Of a DNA stretch of 64,000 nt, positions 30,039 through 38,669 are shown piece by piece. The translations under genes were made by a program, and so were the position numbers. The notes below the pieces were generated by a model. It was not told the DNA's origin, ran no database searches, and saw only the letters and a program-made list of their open reading frames with translations. Source of the DNA: an uncultured Chloroflexia bacterium (GTDB lineage Bacteria; Chloroflexota; Limnocylindria; Limnocylindrales; CSP1-4); NCBI GenBank assembly GCA_963734935.1, contig CAVTIO010000003.1, positions 214,489-278,488 of the forward strand, read 5' to 3'. Position 1 is the first letter of the stretch, and each line of letters starts with the position of its first letter.

Positions 30039-30689
30039 GTGGAGATCCTGCCCGCGTCGCCAGAGCTCTGGCCGCAGATCGAGAACCTGTTCGCAGCGGG
30101 CGGTGACCCGAAATGGTGCTGGTGTCAGTTTTGGCGAAAGCCAGGATCGAGCTGGAGCAACGCGGACGTCGGCGCCAACCGCACGGCCCTCGAACGCCTG
30201 GTCGGACAGGATCCGGCGCCTGGATTGGTGGCGCTGGTCGACGGCGCCGCCGTCGGCTGGGTCGGGCTCGGGCCGCGCGAGGACTTCGCTCGGCTGGCCC
30301 GATCCCGGACGCTGCCCACGCTCCCCGGTGATCGCGTGTGGAGCATCAACTGCTTCGTCGTGGCACGGGGGCACCGGCGGCGCGGCATCGCGCAACGGTT
30401 GCTGGTGGCCGCAGTGGAGTACGCGGGCCGGCAGGGTGCACGGATCGTGGAGGGTTTCCCGGTCGAGACCGGCGACAACCGGATGCCATCGGCTGGCGCG
30501 TACACCGGCACGCGCTCGATGTTCGAGGCGGCAGGGTTCACGATGGCTGGCCCGACCACCTCGACAGCCGGGCGGTGGTCGGCCACGCGTCGTGATGCGC
30601 CGCACCCCGTGACGCGCCAGGCCCCAGGAGGCGCCGAATCCATGGCCCGCCGAGGTTTGGGGTTGACGCGCCCCGCGGCGCGCCCGTAG
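30039..30689 (+). CDS. GNAT family N-acetyltransferase with Trp/Cys-rich N-terminal motif (KWCWCQFWRK)
   Basis: Acetyl-CoA motif RGHRRRGIAQRLL. Sits antisense to the start of the giant artefactual ORF. Confidence 0.75.
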   Translation: MEILPASPELWPQIENLFAAGGDPKWCWCQFWRKPGSSWSNADVGANRTALERLVGQDPAPGLVALVDGAAVGWVGLGPREDFARLARSRTLPTLPGDRVWSINCFVVARGHRRRGIAQRLLVAAVEYAGRQGARIVEGFPVETGDNRMPSAGAYTGTRSMFEAAGFTMAGPTTSTAGRWSATRRDAPHPVTRQAPGGAESMARRGLGLTRPAARP

Positions 30690-31036
30690 ACTGCGCGACG
30701 GCCGAGCAGGTCGCTCGTCTGTCCACTACCGGAGGCGAACTCCAGATGGTGCACATGAACCTCGTCAGCCCGCGCACGGCGGCGCCCATCCTCGGCGCTG
30801 TCGACGGGAGAGGTGTGCCCACCAGCAGGTAGGACGCGGGGCCAGGGGCCCCAAGAGCGACCACCGAGCCGTGGGCCACCGGGCCCGCGGCTCAACTGTT
30901 TTCTGGGCACGTCGCTGCCCACCTGACACGAGCCGCAGGTCTCCCGACAACCGGGGCCCGCGGCTCGTTCCATGCCTGGGACATCTGCGGACCCGACGAG
31001 CCACGTGAAGCCAGTCCGTCCACGCAGGAGAGTCCC

Positions 31037-31987
31037 ATGACGACCCTCGCACCCGAACCGAATACGACCACTCCGACGCCGATCCTGCCGCCGGCCCTCG
31101 AGGCCGAGCTGGTGGACGGCGCCCGGATCCCGGCCGCGACGGGAGCGGGGAACCAGCCGGCTCCCCTGCGACCTGCCCCGGTCGGACCGCCGGCCCTGCT
31201 CGTCGACCACGTCAGCAAGCGCTTCGTCGTCGATCGCCGCAAGCCGCCGGTCATCGCGATCGACGACGTCTCGCTCCAGCTGGAGCGAGGCGCGATCCAC
31301 GGGATCCTCGGTGCCAACGGCTCCGGCAAATCGACGCTCATCCGCCTCGTCTCGGGTCTGTTGACCCTCGATGAGGGACGGGTCGAGGTCTTTGGACTCG
31401 ACATCGAGCGCGATGAGCTGGCGGTCAAGCGGCTCATCAACCGTGTCAGCGTCGATGCAGCGTTCTTCAAGAAGCTGAGCCCGATGGAGAACCTCCTGTT
31501 CGCGGCTCGCCTGTACGGCCTCGATGCCGGCCAGGCGAAGCGACAGGCGACGGTGATCCTCGGTCGGCTCGGCATCGCGCAGAGCCGCCTCGGCCGGCCG
31601 GTGGAGCAGATGAGCCGGGGGATGCAGCAGAAGGTCGCGATCGCGCGAGCGCTGCTGACGAGCCCGACCCTGCTGCTCCTCGACGAACCGACGACGGGCC
31701 TCGACCCGCGGAGCAAGCTCGACGTCCAGGCGTTCGTGGAGGAGGTCAACGCGTCGAACGACGCAACGATCGTCCTGACCACGCACGACCTGGCCGAGGC
31801 GGAGCGCCTCTGTAACCGGATCACGATCCTCGACGAGGGTCGCGTGGTCGCCGAGGACTCGCCTGCCGGGCTCAAGGAGCTGGTCGCCATCGACCACGGT
31901 CAGCCGCCCACCCTCGAGGCCGTGTTCATGACCTTCACGGGCCGGTCCCTCGACGACGACGTCGAAGAGGACGGGGATGGGGATTGA
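31037..31987 (+). CDS. ABC transporter ATP-binding protein (ABC-2 / DrrA-like exporter ATPase)
   Basis: Walker A GANGSGKST, signature MSRGMQQKVAIARAL, Walker B LLLDEPTTGLD. Pro/Thr-rich N-terminal extension. Confidence 0.85.
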   Translation: MTTLAPEPNTTTPTPILPPALEAELVDGARIPAATGAGNQPAPLRPAPVGPPALLVDHVSKRFVVDRRKPPVIAIDDVSLQLERGAIHGILGANGSGKSTLIRLVSGLLTLDEGRVEVFGLDIERDELAVKRLINRVSVDAAFFKKLSPMENLLFAARLYGLDAGQAKRQATVILGRLGIAQSRLGRPVEQMSRGMQQKVAIARALLTSPTLLLLDEPTTGLDPRSKLDVQAFVEEVNASNDATIVLTTHDLAEAERLCNRITILDEGRVVAEDSPAGLKELVAIDHGQPPTLEAVFMTFTGRSLDDDVEEDGDGD

Positions 31988-32025
31988 TCCAACCACAGCC
32001 AAACAGCAAACGAACGGAGAGTGAC

Positions 32026-32238
32026 ATGTACCAGGGACAACACTGGCTCGATGAACACAACGCGCGCCACGCTCGTGACGAGCGATCGCGCATCCACCTG
32101 CATCGCCAGGCCATCCGGGAGGCGCAGCAGGCGCGGCGGGCCTCGAGCCCCCTGCGTCGGCGCCTGGGCGGGTCGATCGTTCGACTCGGCCACCGCGTTG
32201 CCGGCGAGCAGCTCGGCTCCCCCGTCCTGACCGGCTGA
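32026..32238 (+). CDS. small basic hypothetical protein (70 aa) between the ABC ATPase and permease genes
   Basis: GGAGAG RBS 5 nt before ATG (MYQGQHWLDEHNARH...). GC3-biased. Start chosen as the internal M of the track ORF. Confidence 0.35.
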   Translation: MYQGQHWLDEHNARHARDERSRIHLHRQAIREAQQARRASSPLRRRLGGSIVRLGHRVAGEQLGSPVLTG

Positions 32239-32281
32239 GCCGGTCGGGGCGGGGGCCCACCAAACGCGAAAGGAACCAACG

Positions 32282-33085
32282 TTGGCTCTGCTGACGCACG
32301 AGCTGAAGGCGTCGTACGCCTTCGTCGAGCGCAACTTCTTTCTGACCCGCCGGTACTGGGGTTGGGAGGTTGCGTTCCTCGTCTACTCCGTCGCCGGTGC
32401 ACTGTCGATCTCGCTCATCGGCGCGGCGTCGGGCGACGACCGCCTGCTCCTGACCCTGATCATCGGCGCCATCTTCTGGAACTACCTCTCGGTGGTCTTC
32501 TCGTGGATCGCGGAGACGATCTCGGTCGAACGCTGGGAGGGCACGCTCGAATACACGTTCATGGCGCCGGTCCGGCGCTGGACCCAGCTGCTGGGCTCGT
32601 GTCTGTATGCGATGGGCTACGGCCTCGTGCACACCGCCGCGATCCTGGTCGTGCTGATCCTGTTCTTTCCGCAGCTCAACCCGGGATCGATGAACATGGC
32701 CACCGCGGCGATCTTCGTCCTCCTCGGCTCGTTCAGCGTGGTCGGCATCGGGATGATGGCCGCCATCCTGCCGCTGCTCTACGTGGAGCGCGGGGCGCAG
32801 ATGACGTTCGTCCTCCAGTCGGTCCTGCTGCTCGTGTCGGGTGTCTACTACCCGATCGCGGTGCTGCCGGAATGGATGCAGGTGCTCTCGCGCCTGTCGC
32901 CGGCCACATATGTGCTGAACGGCGTCCGGGCCGGCCTGCTCGACGGCACGCCCGTTACCGCGCTCCTGTACGACGTGGTGCCATTGATCGTGATGGGGAT
33001 CGTCCTCATCCCGGCCGGTCTGTGGGCATTCGGACGTGCCGAGCGCTACGCGAAGCGAACCGGCAAGCTGAAGCGGGTGGGCTGA
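32282..33085 (+). CDS. ABC-2 type transporter permease
   Basis: Six TM helices. ABC2_membrane-like architecture. Follows the DrrA-like ATPase. Confidence 0.8.
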   Translation: MALLTHELKASYAFVERNFFLTRRYWGWEVAFLVYSVAGALSISLIGAASGDDRLLLTLIIGAIFWNYLSVVFSWIAETISVERWEGTLEYTFMAPVRRWTQLLGSCLYAMGYGLVHTAAILVVLILFFPQLNPGSMNMATAAIFVLLGSFSVVGIGMMAAILPLLYVERGAQMTFVLQSVLLLVSGVYYPIAVLPEWMQVLSRLSPATYVLNGVRAGLLDGTPVTALLYDVVPLIVMGIVLIPAGLWAFGRAERYAKRTGKLKRVG

Positions 33086-33086
33086 G

Positions 33087-34226
33087 ATGGACCGGCACCA
33101 GACTGTCAATGGCGCCGAGGGCGCCACGCCCGCGCTCGTCGAGCTGGGCTGGGACCCGGGGTGGGCATCCGCCTTCCGACCGCACGGCGGGACGGGATGG
33201 GCGCCGGCCCGGGTCCTGGCCGCACACCGCGACGCGTGGGTTGTCGCCGGTCCCGACGGGGATCGAGACGCGGTGATCTCCGGACGTCTGCGCCACGAGG
33301 CGCTCGGACCCGCCGACCTGCCGGCCGTCGGCGACTGGGTCGCGGCCGCCGGGACGCGGACCACGGGCACGTGCGTGATCCACGCCGTCCTCCCTCGCCG
33401 GACCGTGTTCCGGCGCGGCACGGCCGACGACGACGCGGCTCCGTCGATCGCCGCCGAGCAGGTGCTCGCGGCCAACGTGGACACGGCCCTGGTCGTCACC
33501 GGTCTCGACGGCGACTTCAACCTGCGCCGTCTCGAGCGATACCTCGCGGTCGCCTGGAGCGGCGGCGTGACCCCCGTGATCGTGCTCAACAAGACCGACC
33601 TGGACGTCGATGTCAACGCGTTCCAGGTGGCGGCGGAGGCCGTCGCCCCAGGGGTCGAGATCCGCCCGCTGTCCGCGCTCGCCGGGACCGGGGTCGCGAG
33701 CCTCGCCGTCGACCATCTCACGCCCGGCAGCACGGCCGTCGTGCTCGGCTCGTCCGGCGTCGGCAAGTCAACATTGGTCAACGCCCTGGTCGGCCAGGTC
33801 CGGCAGCGCACCGCCGCCGTGCGCGAGGACGACGCCCGCGGGCGCCATACCACGACCCACCGCGAGCTGATCCGACTGCCGGATGGCGGGCTCCTGATCG
33901 ACACACCCGGGATCCGATCGCTCGGCGTGGCCGGTGCCGCGGACGGCATCGGCTCAGCGTTCGCGGACATCGAGGCCCTCGCCGAGGGGTGCCGGTTCCG
34001 GGACTGTCGCCACGAGACCGAGCCCGGCTGCGCCGTGCGTGCCGCGCTGGCCGACGGACGGCTGGACGAGGATCGGTTCGCAAGCCATCGCAAGCTGGAG
34101 AAGGAGGCGGCGTATGTCGCCCGCGCGTCCGACCCGGTGCTCCAGGCCGCCGAGCGCCGGCGCTGGCGGGCAATCAGCGCCTCGGTCGCCGTGCACATGC
34201 GGCACAAGTACGGAGATGAACGATGA
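33087..34226 (+). CDS. rsgA: ribosome small subunit-dependent GTPase A (RsgA/YjeQ)
   Basis: Circularly permuted GTPase: G4 VLNKTDL precedes G1 GSSGVGKSTLVNAL, with DTPGIRS. C-terminal zinc motif CRFRDCRHETEPGC. Confidence 0.9.
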   Translation: MDRHQTVNGAEGATPALVELGWDPGWASAFRPHGGTGWAPARVLAAHRDAWVVAGPDGDRDAVISGRLRHEALGPADLPAVGDWVAAAGTRTTGTCVIHAVLPRRTVFRRGTADDDAAPSIAAEQVLAANVDTALVVTGLDGDFNLRRLERYLAVAWSGGVTPVIVLNKTDLDVDVNAFQVAAEAVAPGVEIRPLSALAGTGVASLAVDHLTPGSTAVVLGSSGVGKSTLVNALVGQVRQRTAAVREDDARGRHTTTHRELIRLPDGGLLIDTPGIRSLGVAGAADGIGSAFADIEALAEGCRFRDCRHETEPGCAVRAALADGRLDEDRFASHRKLEKEAAYVARASDPVLQAAERRRWRAISASVAVHMRHKYGDER

Positions 34227-35326
34227 GAGAACAGTCGATCGCCGGGCATTCGATGATCCCGGGCCTCACGCTGCGGGCTGGCGACCCGGCCGACTGGGAC
34301 GCCCTCGCCGAGCTCGAGAACCGCGCCCATGCCGCCGACGGTGTCGAGGAGCGCCAAACGGGTGCTGAGCTGGCGGCCGAGCTGCAGCGGCTGGACGAGT
34401 TCCGCCCTGAGCGCGACGTGCTGGTCGGGGAGGTGGACGGCACCATCGCTGGCTTTGCCGCCGGCTACCGCGTCACCAGGGACGGCGTGCTGACCGGCGA
34501 GCTGTGGGGGGTCATCGACCCACAGTTCCGTCGTCGTGGGATCGGGACGGCCATGTTCGAAGCCAACCGGGATCGGCTCACCGTCGAGCTGGCCGAGGAT
34601 CCTCGGCCGGGCCCCCGCGTGCTCCACTCGTGGGCGCTGGACGCCGAGACCTCGGCTCGTGCGCTGCTGGCAGACCGCGGCTTCGTGCCGATCCGCTTCG
34701 GCTTCGAGATGCGGCGGTTCCTGACGGGCACCCTCCCGGTCCGCGCCCTCCCGGAGGGCATCGAGATGAGGCCCGTGACCCCGGACCAGCATCGGGCGAT
34801 CTTCGAGGCCGACGAGGAGGCGTTCGCGGACCACTGGGGCCACCGGCCCGCAGGCGAGGGCGACTTCGTGACCATGTTCAACGGCCCGAACGTCGATACC
34901 TCGCTGTGGTGCGTCGCGTGGGACGGAGACCAGGTCGCCGGGAGCGTGATGAACGCCGTGTTCGAACGCGAGAACGCCGAGCTGGGGATCCGCCGCGGCT
35001 GGCTGGAGCACGTCTCGGTCCGGCGCCCATGGCGCGGACGCGGGGTGGCCAAGGCCCTGTGTGCGGCCTCGTTTCGGGTGCTCCGCGAACGCGGCATCGA
35101 CGAGGCGTGGCTGGGCGTCGATGGCTCGAACCCGACGGGGGCGCTGGCCCTCTACGAGGGGCTCGGGTTCCACGTTGCCCGCCGCTGGCAGGCCTATGGG
35201 CGCCCCGTGGACGGCCCGGCACCGGCGGGCTGGCGCTCGCCAGGCGAGGCTCGAGGCGAGGTGGCCCCGGGAGCAGATGCGGAGGCGGCGGACACGGCGA
35301 GCGCGGGGGCTGGATCGGGCGGCTGA
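34223..35326 (+). CDS. tandem-GNAT acetyltransferase (two acetyltransferase domains, MshD-like architecture)
   Basis: Two GNAT cores (QFRRRGIGTAMF and RPWRGRGVAKALC). ATGA overlap with the rsgA stop. The MshD-like assignment rests on architecture only. Confidence 0.7.
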   Translation: MREQSIAGHSMIPGLTLRAGDPADWDALAELENRAHAADGVEERQTGAELAAELQRLDEFRPERDVLVGEVDGTIAGFAAGYRVTRDGVLTGELWGVIDPQFRRRGIGTAMFEANRDRLTVELAEDPRPGPRVLHSWALDAETSARALLADRGFVPIRFGFEMRRFLTGTLPVRALPEGIEMRPVTPDQHRAIFEADEEAFADHWGHRPAGEGDFVTMFNGPNVDTSLWCVAWDGDQVAGSVMNAVFERENAELGIRRGWLEHVSVRRPWRGRGVAKALCAASFRVLRERGIDEAWLGVDGSNPTGALALYEGLGFHVARRWQAYGRPVDGPAPAGWRSPGEARGEVAPGADAEAADTASAGAGSGG

Positions 35327-35386
35327 CCCATCTCACGCGGCGGCGCCGCCGCTTGCGCGGACCCGGGCAACGACCGAGGATCAGGG

Positions 35387-36106
35387 GTGATGAGCCAAAC
35401 CCCGCGGCACCCACGGTCGCTCGAGGCATCCAGGCGTCTTGCCTGGATGCTGGCGACCGTCGCCCTCGCCGGATGCGCGGCGGCCCCGACTGCCGCGCCG
35501 TCGGTCGGGTTCGCGTCCATCGGGGCGCCCTCCACGGCAGCGCCCTCCGTGGCCGCGTCCGCCGCCGAGGCACCGACGCCCCAGCCCGTCTCCCCATCCA
35601 CCGCGACCTCGTCGACCCCGACGTCGTCGCTCACCCCGGAGCCGACCATGTCCGAGTTTGTGCTGACCTCCACCTCGTTCGAGCCGGGTGGCTCGATCCC
35701 GACCCGCTACACGTGTGACGGGGCTGACGTGTCGCCCGAGCTGTCATGGTCCGGGGCACCATCGGGCGCAGCGGCACTGGTGCTCCTGGTCTCCGATCCA
35801 GACGCGCGCGACTTCGTCCATTGGATCGTGCTGGACATGACGGGGACCGCGAGCGGGGCGCTCCCGCGCGGGATCGGTACCTCCCCCGACGCGCCGGCGC
35901 AGGGCCGCAACGACTTCGGCCGGATCGGATGGGGCGGGCCGTGCCCACCGTCCGGGACGCACCGCTACACGTTCACGATCTACGCGCTCGCGGCCCCCCT
36001 GGCACTCCCCGGGCAGCCGGATGGGCGCGCGGTTCGGAGGGCCCTGGACGGCGTGGAGGTGCTGGGCACCGCGGTGCTCGAGGGCCGATATCGCCGCACC
36101 GGCTGA
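35387..36106 (+). CDS. YbhB/YbcL (PEBP/RKIP) family lipoprotein with long Ala/Pro/Ser/Thr linker
   Basis: PEBP motifs LVLLVSDPDARDFVHWIV and GPCPPSGTHRYTFTIYAL. Signal peptide with lipobox LAGCAA. Confidence 0.8.
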   Translation: MMSQTPRHPRSLEASRRLAWMLATVALAGCAAAPTAAPSVGFASIGAPSTAAPSVAASAAEAPTPQPVSPSTATSSTPTSSLTPEPTMSEFVLTSTSFEPGGSIPTRYTCDGADVSPELSWSGAPSGAAALVLLVSDPDARDFVHWIVLDMTGTASGALPRGIGTSPDAPAQGRNDFGRIGWGGPCPPSGTHRYTFTIYALAAPLALPGQPDGRAVRRALDGVEVLGTAVLEGRYRRTG

Positions 36107-36120
36107 CGTCCCGCCAGCCC

Positions 36121-36759
36121 TCAGAGCAGCAGCCGCCGCTCGCGCGTGACAAGCTCCATCCAGGCTCGTTCCCGGGCGATGGTCGTGGCCGGACCGTGAC
36201 CGGGCATGACCCGGACCTGGTCCTCGAGCTCGGTGAGGCGTGCGATCGACGCGACCATGTCGTCGGCCGAGCCACCGGGCAGGTCGACCCGGCCCCAGCC
36301 GCCGCTGAACAGGGTGTCTCCGCTGAACAGGATCCCCTCGTCGGCGGCGACCAGGCAGACCGACCCCTCGGTGTGTCCGGGCGTGTGCATCACCCGCAGC
36401 CGCAGGTCGTCGAACCGGATCTCGCCACCCTCGGCAAGCTCGATCGCCGGCACAGACGGGACGATCGCGAACGGCGCGAACTGGGCGGTCGGCGCGAGCA
36501 GGCGATGCCGATCCGCCGGGTGAACGGCGATCTCGGCGCCCGTGTGCGCCGCCACCGCAGCGTTGTCGCCGATGTGATCCCAGTGACCATGCGTGGTGAC
36601 GATGAGCTTGAGGGTCCAGTCGCGTTCCTCGAGCGACGCCCGGACCCAGGCCAGCGACGGCGTCGCAGTGTCGATCGCGATCGCCTCCCGGGTGCGGGGG
36701 TCGGCGAGCACGTAGACGTTGGTCGCGACCGGGCCGACGACCGCGTGCAGGTACTCCAC
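36121..36759 (-). CDS. MBL-fold metallo-hydrolase (glyoxalase II-like)
   Basis: TTHGHWDHIGD and HTPGHTEGS metal-binding motifs. Start set to the GTG (VEYLHAVVGPVATNVYVL) at about 36759. The track ORF's 108-aa upstream extension overlaps a better small gene on the other strand. Confidence 0.75.
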   Translation of the reverse strand: MEYLHAVVGPVATNVYVLADPRTREAIAIDTATPSLAWVRASLEERDWTLKLIVTTHGHWDHIGDNAAVAAHTGAEIAVHPADRHRLLAPTAQFAPFAIVPSVPAIELAEGGEIRFDDLRLRVMHTPGHTEGSVCLVAADEGILFSGDTLFSGGWGRVDLPGGSADDMVASIARLTELEDQVRVMPGHGPATTIARERAWMELVTRERRLLL

Positions 36760-36861
36760 AGGCTCAGTCTCGCACGGGTTGGGCGGTCCATCGAGATCCG
36801 GCCATCCGGCTCTCGGCGCGAGGCGAGCGACCGGCGCACAATGCGGCTGGAGGTGATCGGC

Positions 36862-37107
36862 ATGACCACACCGCGAATCCAGGCCAAGATCACCCCTTGG
36901 GACGACCCGGCCTTCGTCCGCGCGTTCGAGCAGGCCCGCGATGAGATCGAGCAGTCCGGCTGCTGCCCGGAAGGGCCCGAGGCCGCCTCCGAGGTCCAGC
37001 ACCGGCTCCGCCAGGGGGGCTATCCGAGCGCGAGCGTCGAGGTGATCCGGACGGCCCGGGAGGCGCTCGCGCACACCTCCCACTGGATCGTGACCCGGGA
37101 CGCCTGA
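36862..37107 (+). CDS. small hypothetical protein (81 aa) with CCPEGPE motif
   Basis: Strong GGAGGTGA RBS 5 nt upstream of ATG. GC3-biased codons. In the track it is hidden inside the 3' end of the artefactual 453-aa ORF 35746..37107. Stop is 4 nt from the coxG stop (convergent). Confidence 0.45.
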   Translation: MTTPRIQAKITPWDDPAFVRAFEQARDEIEQSGCCPEGPEAASEVQHRLRQGGYPSASVEVIRTAREALAHTSHWIVTRDA

Positions 37108-37110
37108 CCC

Positions 37111-37554
37111 TCAGCCGGCCTCGAGCTTGGCGCGGATGCAGTCGAACGTCTGACCGATCATCTTGTTCGCGGTGCCCTCGACCATCCGTGCGCCGACCGA
37201 GGCCAGCGTCCCGGAGATCGTGACGTCGGCGGACCAGTCCATCGTGGTCGGGCCCGCCTCGGCGCCCGAGAGGCGCATGTCCGCCGTCGCGTCGACCGCT
37301 GATCCGGGCGCCTGTCCGTGGGCCTTGAGCACCGCGAGCTCGGGCTCGGTACGCTCCGCCACGGTCATGTCGACCACGAACCGCGCCGAGATGAAGCCGA
37401 CGCCCACCTTCGCCTTGGCCTTGAAGTGATCGGCGTCGATCACCTCGATCGACTCCACGCCGGGCCCGCACGACCCGACCTGGTTGGGGTCCATCAGGAA
37501 GGCCCACACGCGGTCGCGTGGTGCGTTGATGTCGACGCTGCCCTTGAACTGCAT
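37111..37554 (-). CDS. coxG: CoxG-like SRPBCC protein (carbon monoxide dehydrogenase subunit G family)
   Basis: MQFKGSVDINAPRDRVWAFLMDPNQV... matches the CoxG/SRPBCC fold family. Start moved to 37554 with a GGAGA RBS. The track's 72-aa Arg-rich extension is rejected. Confidence 0.75.
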   Translation of the reverse strand: MQFKGSVDINAPRDRVWAFLMDPNQVGSCGPGVESIEVIDADHFKAKAKVGVGFISARFVVDMTVAERTEPELAVLKAHGQAPGSAVDATADMRLSGAEAGPTTMDWSADVTISGTLASVGARMVEGTANKMIGQTFDCIRAKLEAG

Positions 37555-37622
37555 ACCCTTGGATCTCCGTGCTGGTGGGTGGTGCCGGTGGCGACGCGGT
37601 GCCCGCCGCGCCGGGACCGCCC

Positions 37623-38666
37623 TCAGGCGTCGGCGGTGGCGGACCCAGTGACGTACGCGCCCGGCTCCTTGATGAACGCCGTTCGGCAGCCCATCGAGCA
37701 GAAGGCGTAGACGGTCCCCTCGTGCTCGGCGAGGTGCCGGGCATGCGCGCGGTCGACCGTCATCCCGCACACGGGGTCGAGAAGCACGATGTCGTCCACG
37801 ATCGGTGCCTGCTCCGGGCCCGGCTGTCCGGTCGCCTCACCGGCGACGGTTGCCGGGCCGGGTCGGGCGACGAACGCCGCGCGACCGCGCCGCACCTGGA
37901 CGAGCTCTCCCAGGATCGAGATCGCGATCTCCTCGGGTGTCTCCGCGCCGAGGTCGAGCCCGCACGGCGCCCGAAGCGCGGCCAGGCGATCCTCGGGGAT
38001 GCCCGCCTCATCGCGCAGCCATTCGCGCACGACGCGAGCTCGGGTCGGTGAGGCCACGAGGCCCACGTATGCGACGTCGCGTCGGAGCGCGGCCGCCAGG
38101 GCCTCCTCGTCCCAGACGCCCTGCGTCGCGACGACGACATGGGGCGAGAGCTCGGGGTCCACGCGCCCCAGCGCCGTGTCGCTCGACACCCGCTCGGCAT
38201 CGGGGAAGGCATCGGCGTCCGCGATCGGGTCGAACACGGATACCCGCCAGCCGGTCGCCGTGCCCAGCGCGGCCAGCGCGCCCACGATGGGTGTCGTGCC
38301 TGCGAGCCAGAGTGACGGCATCGGAAGGTGCGGTTCCACGTAGATCTCCAGGGTGCCCCCCGAGTGACAGGTCATGACCAGCTCGACGACGCCGTCGGCC
38401 CGGCGGCCCTCGGCCGGGCCGTCCTTCGACAGCCGGAGCAGCCGGGGATGACCGTCGACCAGCGCCCGCAGCGCCTCGCGGACGACCACCGGCTGGGCGC
38501 AGCTGCCGCCGACCCAGCCCTCGATCGTGCCGTCCGGATGGACGATGCCAGCCGACCCGGGACGGGCCGACGTCGGCCGCTGCACCGCGACGACCGTCGC
38601 GACCGCGAACGTCGAGCCCGTCGCCTCGAGCTCTGCGACCCGGCGGAAGACCGATCGTCCGGGCAC
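37623..38666 (-). CDS. XdhC/CoxI-family molybdoenzyme maturation factor fused to a C-terminal YHS (TRASH-superfamily) metal-binding domain
   Basis: XdhC_CoxI N-terminal domain (FAVATVVAVQ...GSAGIVHPDGTIEGWVGGSC) and XdhC_C Rossmann-like domain. C-terminal YHS motif DPVCGMTV...GTVYAFCSMGCRTAF (C-x22-C-x3-C) as found in Cu-ATPase N-termini. Confidence 0.8.
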   Translation of the reverse strand: MPGRSVFRRVAELEATGSTFAVATVVAVQRPTSARPGSAGIVHPDGTIEGWVGGSCAQPVVVREALRALVDGHPRLLRLSKDGPAEGRRADGVVELVMTCHSGGTLEIYVEPHLPMPSLWLAGTTPIVGALAALGTATGWRVSVFDPIADADAFPDAERVSSDTALGRVDPELSPHVVVATQGVWDEEALAAALRRDVAYVGLVASPTRARVVREWLRDEAGIPEDRLAALRAPCGLDLGAETPEEIAISILGELVQVRRGRAAFVARPGPATVAGEATGQPGPEQAPIVDDIVLLDPVCGMTVDRAHARHLAEHEGTVYAFCSMGCRTAFIKEPGAYVTGSATADA

Positions 38667-38669
38667 GGG

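Noticed and set aside
30125-35173. Giant 1682-aa minus-strand ORF spanning 5 kb
   Set aside because: It is antisense to six well-supported plus-strand genes: GNAT, ABC ATPase, small ORF, ABC-2 permease, rsgA and the tandem GNAT. Its translation is Arg/Pro/Ala-rich low-complexity with no domains. Stop-free antisense frames are expected at about 70% GC, where TTA/CTA/TCA sense codons are rare.
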